From the NCBI GenBank assembly GCA_964016885.1, contig OZ024741.1, forward strand, positions 257,176,001-257,240,000: a DNA stretch of 64,000 bases, in the 5' to 3' direction. The stretch's first letter is position 1. Every line of letters begins with the position of its first letter. The notes under the pieces are model-generated. The model ran no database searches. It was not told where the DNA came from and worked only from the letters and a program-made list of their open reading frames with translations. Positions 1 to 11,057 of the stretch are shown here, piece after piece. This DNA comes from Eledone cirrhosa. Its lineage: Eukaryota. The translations under genes were made by a program, and so were the position numbers.

Positions 1-3000
1 GTGTTTCGGCTTACGAGTGTTTCGAATTACGAGTGTTTTGGCTTACGAATGTTTTGACTTACGGGTGTTTCGGTGTACGAGTGTTTCGACTTAAGGATGT
101 TTCGACTTACGAGTGTTTCGACTTACGAGTGTTTCGACTTACGAGTGTTTCGATTTACGAGTGTTTCGACTTACGAGTGTTTTGGCTTACGAATGTTTTG
201 ACTTACGGGTGTTTCGACTTACGGGTGTTTCGGCTTACGAGTGTTTCGACTTACGAGTGTTTTGACTTACGAGTGTTCTGACTTACGAGTGTTCTGACTT
301 ACGAGTGTTCCGACTTACGAGTGTTCCGACTTACGAGTGTTTCGGCTTACGAGTGTTTCGGCTTACGAGTGTTTCGGCTTACGAGTGTTTTGACTTACGA
401 GTGTTCTGACTACGAGTGTTCTGACTTACGGGTGTTCTGACTTACGAGTGTTCCGACTTACGAGTGTTTCGGCTAATGAGTGTTTCGACTTACGGGCGTT
501 TCGACTTACGAGTGTTCTGACTTACGAGTGTTCTGACTTACGAGAGTTCCGACTTACGACTGTTTCGACTTACGAGTGTTTTGACTTACGAGTGTTCCGA
601 CTTACGAGTGTTTCGGCTTACGGGTGTTTCGACGTACGAGTATTTTTGGCTTACGAGTGTTTCTACTTACGAGTGTTTTGAATTACGATTATTTCGGCTT
701 ACGAGTGTTTCGACTTACGAGTATTTCGACTTACGAGTTTTTTTACTTACGGTGTTTCGGCTTACGAGTGTTTCGACTTATGAGTGTTCTGATTTACGGA
801 TGTTTCGACATACGAGTGTTCTGACTTACGAGTGTTCTGACTTACGAGTGTTCCGGCTTACGAGTTTTTCGACTTACGAGTGTTTCGACTTACGAGTGTT
901 TCGGCTTACAAGTGTTTCGGCTTACGAGTGGTTTGACTTACGAGTGTTCTGACTACGAGTGTTCTGTCTTACGAGTGTTTCGACTTACGAGTGTTTCGGC
1001 TTATGAGTGTTTCGACTTACGAGTGTTTCGGCTTACGAGTGTTTCGACTTACGAGTGTTTCGACTCACGGGTGTTTCGACTTAGGAGTGTTTCGACTACG
1101 AGTGTTTCGACTTACGAGTGTTTCGGCTTACGAGTGTTTCGACTTATGGGTGTTTCGACTTACGAGTGTTTTTACTTACGGTGTTTCGGCTTACGAGTGT
1201 TTCGACATACGAGTGTTTTGACTTACGGGTGTTTCTACTTACGAGTGTTTCGACTTACGAATGTTTTGACTTACGGGTGTTTCGGCTTACGCGTGTTTCG
1301 ATTTATGAGTGTTTCGGCTTACGAGTGTTTCGACTTACTAATGTTTTTACTTACGAGTGTTTCGGCGTACGAGAGTTTTGACTTACGAGTGTTTCTACTT
1401 ACGAGTGTTTCGACTTACGAGTGTTTTGACTTACGAATGTTTTGACTTACGGGTGTTTCGGCTTACGAGTGTTTCGACTTACGAGTCTTTCGGCTTACGA
1501 GTGTTTCGACTTACTAATGTTTTTACTTACGAGTGTTTCGGCGTACGAGTGTTTCGACTTACGAGTGTTTCGACTTACGGGTGTTTTGACTTACGGGTGT
1601 TTCGGCTTACGAGTGTTTCGACTTACGAGGGTTTTGACTTAAGGGTGTTTCGACTTACGAGTATTTTTCGCTTACGAGTGTTTCGACTTACGAGTGTTTT
1701 GACTTACGAGTGTTCTAATTTACGGATGTTTCGACATACGAGTGTTTTGACTTACGAGTGTTTCGACTTACGAGTGTTTCGGCTTACGAGTGGTTTGACT
1801 TACGAGTGTTCTGACTACGAGTGTTTTGACTTACGAGTGTATCGGCTTATGAGTGTTTCGACTTACGAGTGTTTCGGCTTATGAGTGTTTCGACTTACGA
1901 GTGTTTCGGTTTACGAGTGTTTCGACTTACGAGTGTTTCGACTTACGGGTGTTCCGACTTAAGAGTGTTTCGACTACGAGTGTTTCGACTTACGAGTGTT
2001 TCGGCTTACGAGTGTTTCGACATACGGGTGTTTCGACTTACGATGTTTCGGCTTACGAGTGTTTCGACTTACGAGTGTTCTGACTTACGAGTGTTCTGAC
2101 TTATGAGTGTTCTGACTTACGAGTGTTCCAACTTACGAGTGTTTCGGCTTACGAGTGTTTCGGCTTACGAGTGTTTCGACTTACGAGTGTTTCGACTTAC
2201 GAGTGTTTCGAATTACGAGTGTTTCGACTTACGAGTGTTTTGACATACGGTGTTTCGGCTTACGAGTGTTTCGACATACGAGTGTTTTGACTTACGGGTG
2301 TTTCGACTTACGGGTGTTTCGACTTAAGAGTGTTTCGACTTACGAGGGCTTCGACTTACGAGTGTTCTGACTTACGAGTGTTCCGACTTACGAGTGTTTC
2401 GACTTACGAGTGTTTCGACTTACGAGTGTTTCGGCGTACGAGTGTTTTGACTTACGAGTGTTTCGACTTACGAGTGTTTCGACTTACGAGTGCTTTGACT
2501 TACGAGTGTTTCGACATACGAGTGATCTGACTTACGAGTGTTCCTACTTACGAGTGTTTCGACTTACGAGTGTTTCGACTTGTGAGTGTTTCGACTTACG
2601 AGTGTTTCGACTTACGAGTGTTCTGACTTACGAGTGTTCTGACTTACGAGTGTTCCGACTTACGAGTGTTTCGGCTTACGAGTGTTTCGACTTACGAGTG
2701 TTCCGGCTTACGCGTCTTTCGACTTACGAGTGTTTCGGCTTATGAGTGTTTCGACTTACGAGTGCTTCGGCTTACGAGTGTTTCGACTTACGAGTGTTCT
2801 GACTTACGACTGTTCTGACTTACGAATGTTCCGACTTACGAGTCTTTCGACTTACGAATGTTTTGGCTTACGCGATTTTCGGCTTATGAGTGTTTCGACT
2901 TACGAGTGTTTCGACATACGAGTGTTTTGACTTACGGGTGTTTCGACTTACGGGTGTTTCGACTTAAGAGTGTTTCGACTTACGAGCGCTTCGACTTACG

Positions 3001-3541
3001 AGTGTTCTGACTTACGAGTGTTCCGACTTACGAGTGTTTCGGCTTACGAGTGTTTCGACTTACGAGTGTTCCGGCTTACGCGTGTTTCGACTTACGAGTG
3101 TTACGGCTTATGAGTGTTTCGACTTACGAGTGCTTCGGCTTACGAGTGTTTCGACTTACGAGTGTTTCGGCTTACGAGTGTTTCGACTTACGAATGTTTT
3201 GGCTTACGAGTGTTTCGGCTTACGAGTGTTTCGACTTACGACTGTTTCGACTTACGAGTGTTTCTGCTTACGAATGTTTTGACTTACGAGTATTTCGGCT
3301 TACAAGTGTTTCGACTTACGACTGTTTTGACTTACGGTTGTTTCGGCTTACGACTGTTTCGACTTACGAGTGTTTCGGCTTACGAGTGTTTCGGCTTACG
3401 AGTGTTTCGACTTACGAGTGTTTGGGCTTACGAGTGTTTCAGTGTTTCGGCTTACGTGTGTTTCGACTTACGAGTGTTTCGATTTACGAGTGTTTCGGCT
3501 TACAAGTGTTTCGGCTTACGAGTGTTTCGGCTTATTATATA

Positions 3542-3617
3542 TAAACGTTTCTATTTCCATCGTTTTATCGTAAACGTTTATATATTTCCATCGTTATATC
3601 ATAACGTTTATATTTCC
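3542..3617 (+). repeat. Degenerate ~30-bp tandem repeat, about 2.5 copies (TAAACGTTTATATTTCCATCGTTATATC-like), at the left edge of each long island
   Basis: taaacgtttctatttccatcgttttatcg / taaacgtttatatatttccatcgttatatca / taacgtttatatttcc. Confidence 0.9.
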
Positions 3618-3796
3618 GTCACTAATCTCTTTTTCTCCTTTTTCGTTTTAACATATATTTATTTCAAAGATTTCACCGTATAGATAACATATATATTTAT
3701 ACATGCATAAAAGACACACTGAGAGACGGTGAATATGTGGTGCCAAAAACATTTCTAATCCAAATCTCAACAATATCAGTATATACACTAGATTTG

Positions 3797-3833
3797 CTAG
3801 CAGAAAACCGCCCACCGGGTGGTTTTCTGCTAG
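3797..3833. repeat. Inverted repeat/hairpin CTAGCAGAAAACC-G-CCC-ACC-GGG-T-GGTTTTCTGCTAG (present in all six islands)
   Basis: Perfect 13-bp arms (3797-3809 / 3821-3833), then one G.T pair, three C-G pairs and a 3-nt loop. Confidence 0.97.
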
Positions 3834-3848
3834 TCTATATATATAAAA

Positions 3849-4240
3849 CTGAGGATGTCTGTCTGTGTGTGAGTTTGAATCCCTAAAACTCGAGAACCAC
3901 CCAACCGACTGTTTTCAAACTTTACACATGTAATACTTACGTTTCAGGAAGTGTTCTGAGCAAACAATATTTCAAATTTTCAATGCCCTAGGGACCACAT
4001 TAGGCGATTTAGCGATCTCTCTCTATAATTCTTAGTCTTTCTCTTTTTAGATAGATACATACATAAATCGTCGTGCCATTATAATATCTGTCTGTATGTC
4101 TGGCTGTCTGCATTACGTCACTTCCCTGAGGATGTCTGTCTGTGTGTGTGTCTGTGAGTTTGAATCCCTAAAATGCGAGAAGTACCCAACCGATTTTTTT
4201 CAAACTTTACATGTGTATTACTTATGTTTCAGGGAGTGTT
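3849..4240 (+). repeat. Diverged direct duplication inside the island: 3849-3955 and 4126-4240
   Basis: Both copies read CTGAGGATGTCTGTCTGTGTGTG...AGTTTGAATCCCTAAAA..CGAGAA..ACCCAACCGA...TTTTCAAACTTTACA...TACTTA.GTTTCAGG.AGTGTT. The second has 8 extra bp of microsatellite. Confidence 0.93.
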
Positions 4241-5392
4241 TGTTATGCACATAAAATTCAACCTTTTGATCTGGTGTTTCGACTTACGAGTGTTTCGACT
4301 TACGAGTGTTTCGACTTAGGAGTGTTTTGACTTACGAGTGTTTTGACTTACGGTATTTCTGCTTACGAGTGTTTCGACTTACGAGTGTTACGAGTGTTCT
4401 GACTACGAGTGTTTCGACTTACGAGTGTTCTGACCTACGAGTGTTCTGACTTACGAGTTTTTCGACTTACGAGTGTTTTGACTTACGGGTGTTTCGACTT
4501 GCGAGTGTTTCGAGTTACGAGTGTTTCGAGTTACGAGTGTTTCGACTTACGAGTATTTTGACTTACGAATGTTCTGACTTACGGGTGTTTCGGCTTCCGA
4601 GTGTTTCGACTTACGAGTGTTATAACTTCCGGGTGTTTCGACTTACGCGTGTTTTGACTTACGGGCGTTTCGACTTAGGAGTGTTTCGACTACGAATGTT
4701 CCGACATACGAGTGTTTCGACTTACGAGTGTTTCGACTTACGAGTGTTCTGACTTACGAGTGTTCCGGCTTACGAGTTTTTCGACTTACGAGTGTTTCGA
4801 CTTACGAGTGTTCTGACTACGAGTGTTCTGACTTACGAGTGTTTCGGCTTATGAGTGTTTCGACTTACGAGTGTTTCGGTTTATGAGTGTTTCGACTTAC
4901 GAGTGTTTCGGCTTACGAGTGTTTCGACTTACGAGTGTTTCGACTTACGGGTGTTTCGACTTACGAGTGTTTCGTCTACGAGTGTTTCGACATACGAGTG
5001 TTTCGGCTTACGAGTGTTTCGACATACGGGTGTTTCGACTTACAGTGTTTCGGCTTACGAGTGTTTCGACTTACGAGTGTTCTGACTTACGAGTGTTCTG
5101 ACTTATGAGTGTTCTGACTTACGAGTATTCCGACTTACGAGTGTTTCGGCTTACGAGTGTTTCGGCTTACGAGTGTTTCGACTTACGAGTGTTTCGACTT
5201 ACGAGTGTTTCGACTTATGAGTGTTTTGATTACGGTGTTTCGGCTTACGAGTGTTTCGACTTACGAGTGTTTTGACTTACTGGTGTTTTGACATACGAGT
5301 GTTTCGATACGAGTGTTTCGACTTACGAGTGTTCTGACTTACGAGTGTTCTGACTTACGAGTGTTCTGACTTACGAGTGTTTCGACTTACGA

Positions 5393-5461
5393 AAATAACA
5401 AATAGACGCGGTTTCAAATCTGTATGCTTTTCAAGTTCATTACATTAATCTTTATTTATAC
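5393..5461 (+). repeat. 69-bp AT-rich insert interrupting a monomer, copy 1 of 16 (variant A)
   Basis: AAATAACAAATAGACGCGGTTTCAAATCTGTATGCTTTTCAAGTTCATTACATTAATCTTTATTTATAC between GACTTACGA and GTTTCGCTTTACG. Confidence 0.95.
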
Positions 5462-6889
5462 GTTTCGCTTTACGAATGTTTCGACTTACGAGTGTTTCGA
5501 CTTACGAGTGTTTCGGCTTACGAGTGTTTTGACTTACGGGTCTTTCGACTTACGCGTGTTTCCACTTACGAGTGTTCTGACTTACGAGTGTTCTGACTTA
5601 CGAGTGTTCCAACTTACGAGTGTTTCGACTTACGAGTGTTTTGGCGTACGAGTGTTTTGACTTAAGGGTGTTTCGACTTACGAGTGTTTCGATACGAGTG
5701 TTTCGACTTACGAGTGTTTCGGCTTACGAGTGTTTCGACTTACGAGTGTTTCGACTTACGAGTGTTCAGATTTACGGATGTTTCGACATACGAGTGTTTC
5801 GACTTACGAGTGTTTCGACTTACGAGTGTTTTGACATACGGGTGTTTTGACATACGAATGTTTCGATACGAGTGTTTCGACTTACGAGTGTTCTGACTTA
5901 CGAGTGTTCTGACTTACGAGTGTTCTGACTTACGAGTGTTCCGACTTACGAGTGTTCCGACTTACGGGTGTTTCGACTTACGAGTGTTTCAACTTACGAG
6001 TGTTTCGACTTACGAATATTTCGACTTACGGGTGTTTCGGCTTACGAGTGTTTCGACTTACGAGTGTTCTGACTTACGAGTGTTCTGACTAACGAGTGTT
6101 CCGGCTTACGAGTTTTTCGACTTACGAGTGTTTCGACTTACGAGTGTTTCGACTTACGAGTGTTTCGACTTACGAGTGTTTCGGCTTACGAGTGGTTTGA
6201 GTTACGAGTGTTCTGACTACGAGTGTTCTGACTTACGAGTGTTTCGGCTTATGACTGTTTCGACTTACGAGTGTTTCGGTTTATGAGTGTTTCGACTTAC
6301 GAGTGTTTCGGCTTACGAGTGTTTCGACTTACGAGTGTTTCGACTTACGGGTGTTTCGAATTACGAGTGTTTCGTCTACGAGTGTTTCGACTTACGAGTG
6401 TTTCGGCTTACGAGTGTTTCGACATACGGGTGTTTCGACTTACGGTGTTTCGGCTTACGAGTGTTTCGACTTACGAGTGTTCTAACTTACGAGTGTTCTG
6501 ACTTATGAGTGTTCTGACTTACGAGTGTTCCGACTTACGAGTGTTTCGGCTTACGAGTGTTTCGGCTTACGAGTGTTTCGAATTACGAGTGTTTCGACTT
6601 ACGAGTGTTTCGACTTATGAGTGTTTTGACTTACGGTGTTTCGGCTTACGAGTGTTTCGACTTACGAGTGTTTTGACTTACTGGTGTTTTGACATACGAG
6701 TGTTTCGATACGAGTGTTTCGACTTACGAGTGTTCTGACTTACGAGTGTTCTGACTTACGAGTGTTCTGACTTACGAGTGTTCTAACTAACGAGTGTTCT
6801 GACTTACGAGTGTTCTGACTTACGAGTGTTCCGACTTACGAGTGTTTCGGCTCACGAGTGTTTCGGCTTACGAGTGTTTCGACTTACGA

Positions 6890-6958
6890 AAATAACAAAT
6901 AGACGCGGTTTCAAATCTCTATGCTTTTCAAATTCAGTACATTAATCTTTATTTATAC
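6890..6958 (+). repeat. 69-bp insert, copy 2 (variant B)
   Basis: ataacaaa...tctctatg...aattcagtac. Confidence 0.95.
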
Positions 6959-9900
6959 GTTTCGCTTTACGAGTGTTTAGACTTACGAGTGTTTCGACTT
7001 ACGAGTGTTTCGGCTTACGAGTGTTTTGACTTACGAGTGTTTTGACTTACATGTGTTTCGACTTACGCGTGTTTCGACTTACGAGTGTTTCGACTTGCGA
7101 GTGTTTCGACTACGGGTGTTTCGACTTACGAATGTTTTGACTTACGGATGTTTTGACTTACGGGTGTTTCGGCTTACGAGTGTTTCGACTTACGAGTGTT
7201 CTGACTTACGAGTGTTCTGACTTACGAGTGTTATGACTTACGAGTGTTCCGACTTACGAGTGTTTCGACTTAAGAGTGTTTCGGATTACGAGTGCTTCGA
7301 CTTACGAGTGTTTCGGCTAACGAGTGTTTCGACTTACGAGTATTCTGACTACGAGTGTTCTGACTTACGGGTGTTCTGACTTACGAGTGTTCCGACTTAC
7401 GAGTGTTTCGGCTTTCGAGTGTTTCGACTTACGAGTGTTTCGGGTTACGAGTGTTTCGACTTACGAATGTTTTCACTTACGAGTGTTTCCGCTTACGAGT
7501 GTTTCGACTTACGAGTGTTTCGACTTACGAGTGTTTTGACTTACGGTTTTTCGGCTTGCGAGTGTTTCGACATACGAGTGTTTTGACTTACGGGCGTTTC
7601 GACTTACGGGTGTTTCGACTTACGAGTGTTTCGACTTACGAGTGTTCTGTCTTACGAGTGTTCTGACTTGCGAGTGTTCCGACTTACGAGTGCTTCGGCT
7701 TACGAGTGTTTCGACATACGAGTGTTTTGACTTACGGATGTTTCAACTTACGGGTGTTTCGACTTACGAGTGTTTCGACTTACGAGTGTTCTGACTACGA
7801 GTGTTCTGACTTACGGGTGCTCTGACTTACGAGTGTTTCGACTTACGAGTGTTTCGACTTACGAGTGTTTCGGCTTACGAGTGTTTCGACTTACGAGTGT
7901 TTTGACTTACGAATGTTTTGCCTTACGGGTGTTCCGATTTACGAGTGTTTCGACTTACGAGTATTCTGACTTACGAGTGTTCCGACTTACGGGTGTTTCG
8001 ACTTACGAGTGTTTCGACTTACGAGTGTTCCGACCTATGAGGGTTTCGGCTTACTGGTGTTCCGACTTACGAGTATTTTCGGCTGACGAGTGTTTTGACT
8101 TACGATTGTTTCGGCTTACGAGTGTTTCGGCTTACGAGTGTTTTGATTTACGAGTGTTTTGACTTACGGGTGTTTCGACTTACGCGTGTTTCGACTTACG
8201 AGTGTTTCGACTTACGAGTGTTTCGGCTTATGAGTGTTTCGAATTACGAGTGTTTTGACTTACGGGTGTTTTGACATACGAGTGTTTCGGTACGAGTGTT
8301 CTGACTTACAAGTGTTCTGACTTCCGAGTGTTCTGACTTACGAGTGTTCTGACTAACGGGTGTTCTGACTTACGAGTGTTCCGACTTACGAGTGTTTCGG
8401 CTATGAGTGTTTTGACTTACGGGTGTTTCGACTTACGGGTGTTTCGACTTACGAGTGTTTCGACTTACGTGTGTTTCCGCTTACGAGTGTTTCGAATTAC
8501 GAGTGTTTTGGCTTACGAATGTTTTGACTTACGGGTGTTTCGGTGTACGAGTGTTTCGACTTAAGGATGTTTCGACTTACGAGTGTTTCGACTTACGAGT
8601 GTTTCGACTTACGAGTGTTTCGACTTACGAGTGTTTCGACTTACGAGTGTTTTGGCTTACGAATGTTTTGACTTACGGGTGTTTCGACTTACGGGTGTTT
8701 CGGCTTACGAATGTTTCGGCTTACGAGTGTTTTGACTTACGAGTGTTCTGACTACGAGTGTTCTGACTTACGGGTGTTCTGACTTACGAGTGTTCCGACT
8801 TACGAGTGTTTCGGCTAATGAGTGTTTCGACTTACGGGCGTTTCGACTTACGGGTGTTTCGACTTACGAGTGTTTTGACTTACGAGTGTTCTGACTTACG
8901 AGTGTTCTGACTTACGAGAGTTCCGACTTACGACTGTTTCGACTTACGAGTGTTTTGACTTACGAGTGTTCCGACTTACGAGTGTTTCGGCTTACGGGTG
9001 TTTCGACGTACGAGTATTTTTGGCTTACGAGTGTTTCTACTTACGAGTGTTTTGAATTACGATTGTTTCGGCTTACGAGTGTTTCGACTTACGAGTATTT
9101 CGACTTACGAGTTTTTTTACTTACGGTGTTTCGGCTTACGAGTGTTTCGACTTATGAGTGTTCTGATTTACGGATGTTTCGACATACGAGTGTTTTGACT
9201 TACGGTGTTTCGACTTACGAGTGTTTCGACTTACGAGTGTTTCGACTTACGGGTGTTTCGACTTACGAGTGTTTCGACTTACGAGTGTTTCGACTTACGG
9301 GTGTTTCGGCTTACGAGTGTTTCGACTTACGAGTGTTCTGACTTACGAGTGTTCTGACCTACGAGTGTTCCGGCTTACGAGTTTTTCGACTTACGAGTGT
9401 TTCGACTTACGAGTGTTTCGGCTTACAAGTGTTTCGGCTTACGAGTGGTTTGACTTACGAGTGTTCTGACTACGAGTGTTCTGTCTTACGAGTGTTTCGA
9501 CTTACGAGTGTTTCGGCTTATGAGTGTTTCGACTTACGAGTGTTTCGGCTTACGAGTGTTTCGACTTACGAGTGTTTCGACTCACGGGTGTTTCGACTTA
9601 GGAGTGTTTCGACTACGAGTGTTTCGACTTACGAGTGTTTCGGCTTACGAGTGTTTCGACTTATGGGTGTTTCGACTTACGAGTGTTTTTACTTACGGTT
9701 TCGGCTTACGAGTGTTTCGACATACGAGTGTTTTGACTTACGGGTGTTTCTACTTACGAGTGTTTCGACTTACGAATGTTTTGACTTACGGGTGTTTCGG
9801 CTTACGAGTGTTTCGATTTATGAGTGTTTCGGCTTACGAGTGTTTCGACTTACTAATGTTTTTACTTACGAGTGTTTCGGCGTACGAGAGTTTTGACTTA

Positions 9901-10988
9901 CGAGTGTTTCTACTTACGAGTGTTTCGACTCACGAGTGTTTTGACTTACGAATGTTTTGACTTACGGGTGTTTCGGCTTACGAGTGTTTCGACTTACGAG
10001 TCTTTCGGCTTACGAGTGTTTCGACATACTAATGTTTTTACTTACGAGTGTTTCGGCGTACGAGTGTTTCGACTTACGAGTGTTTCGACTTACGGGTGTT
10101 TTGACTTACGGGTGTTTCGGCTTACGAGTGTTTCGACTTACGAGGGTTTTGACTTAAGGGTGTTTCGACTTACGAGTATTTTTGGCTTACGAGTGTTTCG
10201 ACTTACGAGTGTTTTGACTTACGAGTGTTCTAATTTACGGATGTTTCGACATACGAGTGTTTTGACTTACGAGTGTATCGACTTACGAGTGTTTCGACTT
10301 ACGAGTGTTTCGGCTTACGAGTGGTTTGACTTACGAGTGTTCTGACTACGAGTGTTTTGACTTACGAGTGTATCGGCTTATGAGTGTTTCGACTTACGAG
10401 TGTTTCGGCTTATGAGTGTTTCGACTTACGAGTGTTTCGGTTTACGAGTGTTTCGACTTACGAGTGTTTCGACTTACGGGTGTTCCGACTTAAGAGTGTT
10501 TCGACTACGAGTGTTTCGACTTACGAGTGTTTCGGCTTACGAGTGTTTCGACATACGGGTGTTTCGACTTACGATGTTTCGGCTTACGAGTGTTTCGACT
10601 TACGAGTGTTCTGACTTACGAGTGTTCTGACTTATGAGTGTTCTGACTTACGAGTGTTCCAACTTACGAGTGTTTCGGCTTACGAGTGTTTCGGCTTACG
10701 AGTGTTTCGACTTACGAGTGTTTCGACTTACGAGTGTTTCGAATTACGAGTGTTTCGACTTACGAGTGTTTTGACATACGGTGTTTCGGCTTACGAGTGT
10801 TTCGACATACGAGTGTTTTGACTTACGGGTGTTTCGACTTACGGGTGTTTCGACTTACGAGTGTTTCGACTTACGATTGTTTTGACTTACGATTGTTTCG
10901 GCTTACGAGTGTTTCGACTTACGAGTGTTCTGACTTACGAGTGTTCTGACTTACGAGTGTTCTGACTTACGAGTGTTTCGACTTACGA

Positions 10989-11057
10989 AAATAACAAATA
11001 GACGCGGTTTCAAATCTGTATGCTTTTCAAGTTCATTACATTAATCTTTACTTATAC
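10989..11057 (+). repeat. 69-bp insert, copy 3 (variant A)
   Basis: tctgtatg...caagttcattac. Confidence 0.95.

Larger units (their letters stand above)
3535..4273 (+). mobile_element. ~739-bp AT-rich island, copy 1: putative non-autonomous Helitron 3'-end/5'-end junction
   Basis: Non-satellite sequence. Hairpin 3797-3833 ends in CTAG and is followed at once by TCTATATATATAAAACTGAGGATGTCTGTCTGTGTGTG (3834 onward). The 5'-TC and 3'-CTRR termini with a subterminal hairpin are the established Helitron hallmarks. No RepHel ORF. The island is certain, the family call is inference. Confidence 0.7.

Noticed and set aside
3797-3833. Rho-independent terminator, pre-miRNA or stand-alone MITE
   Set aside because: There is no upstream gene or prokaryotic context and no U-tract after the full stem. 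It is too short for a typical pre-miRNA and has no flanking target-site duplication. The CTAG|TC context fits a Helitron end better.
3535-4273. Island as an ordinary transposon inserted into the satellite
   Set aside because: No terminal inverted repeats, LTRs, poly(A) tail or target-site duplication are seen at the island edges. Identical flanks in all six copies show they are not independent insertions.
5424-5660. MLFKFITLIFIYTFRF... ORFs resembling signal peptides
   Set aside because: The ATG lies in the AT-rich 69-bp insert and simply reads into satellite. The hydrophobicity follows from T-richness.
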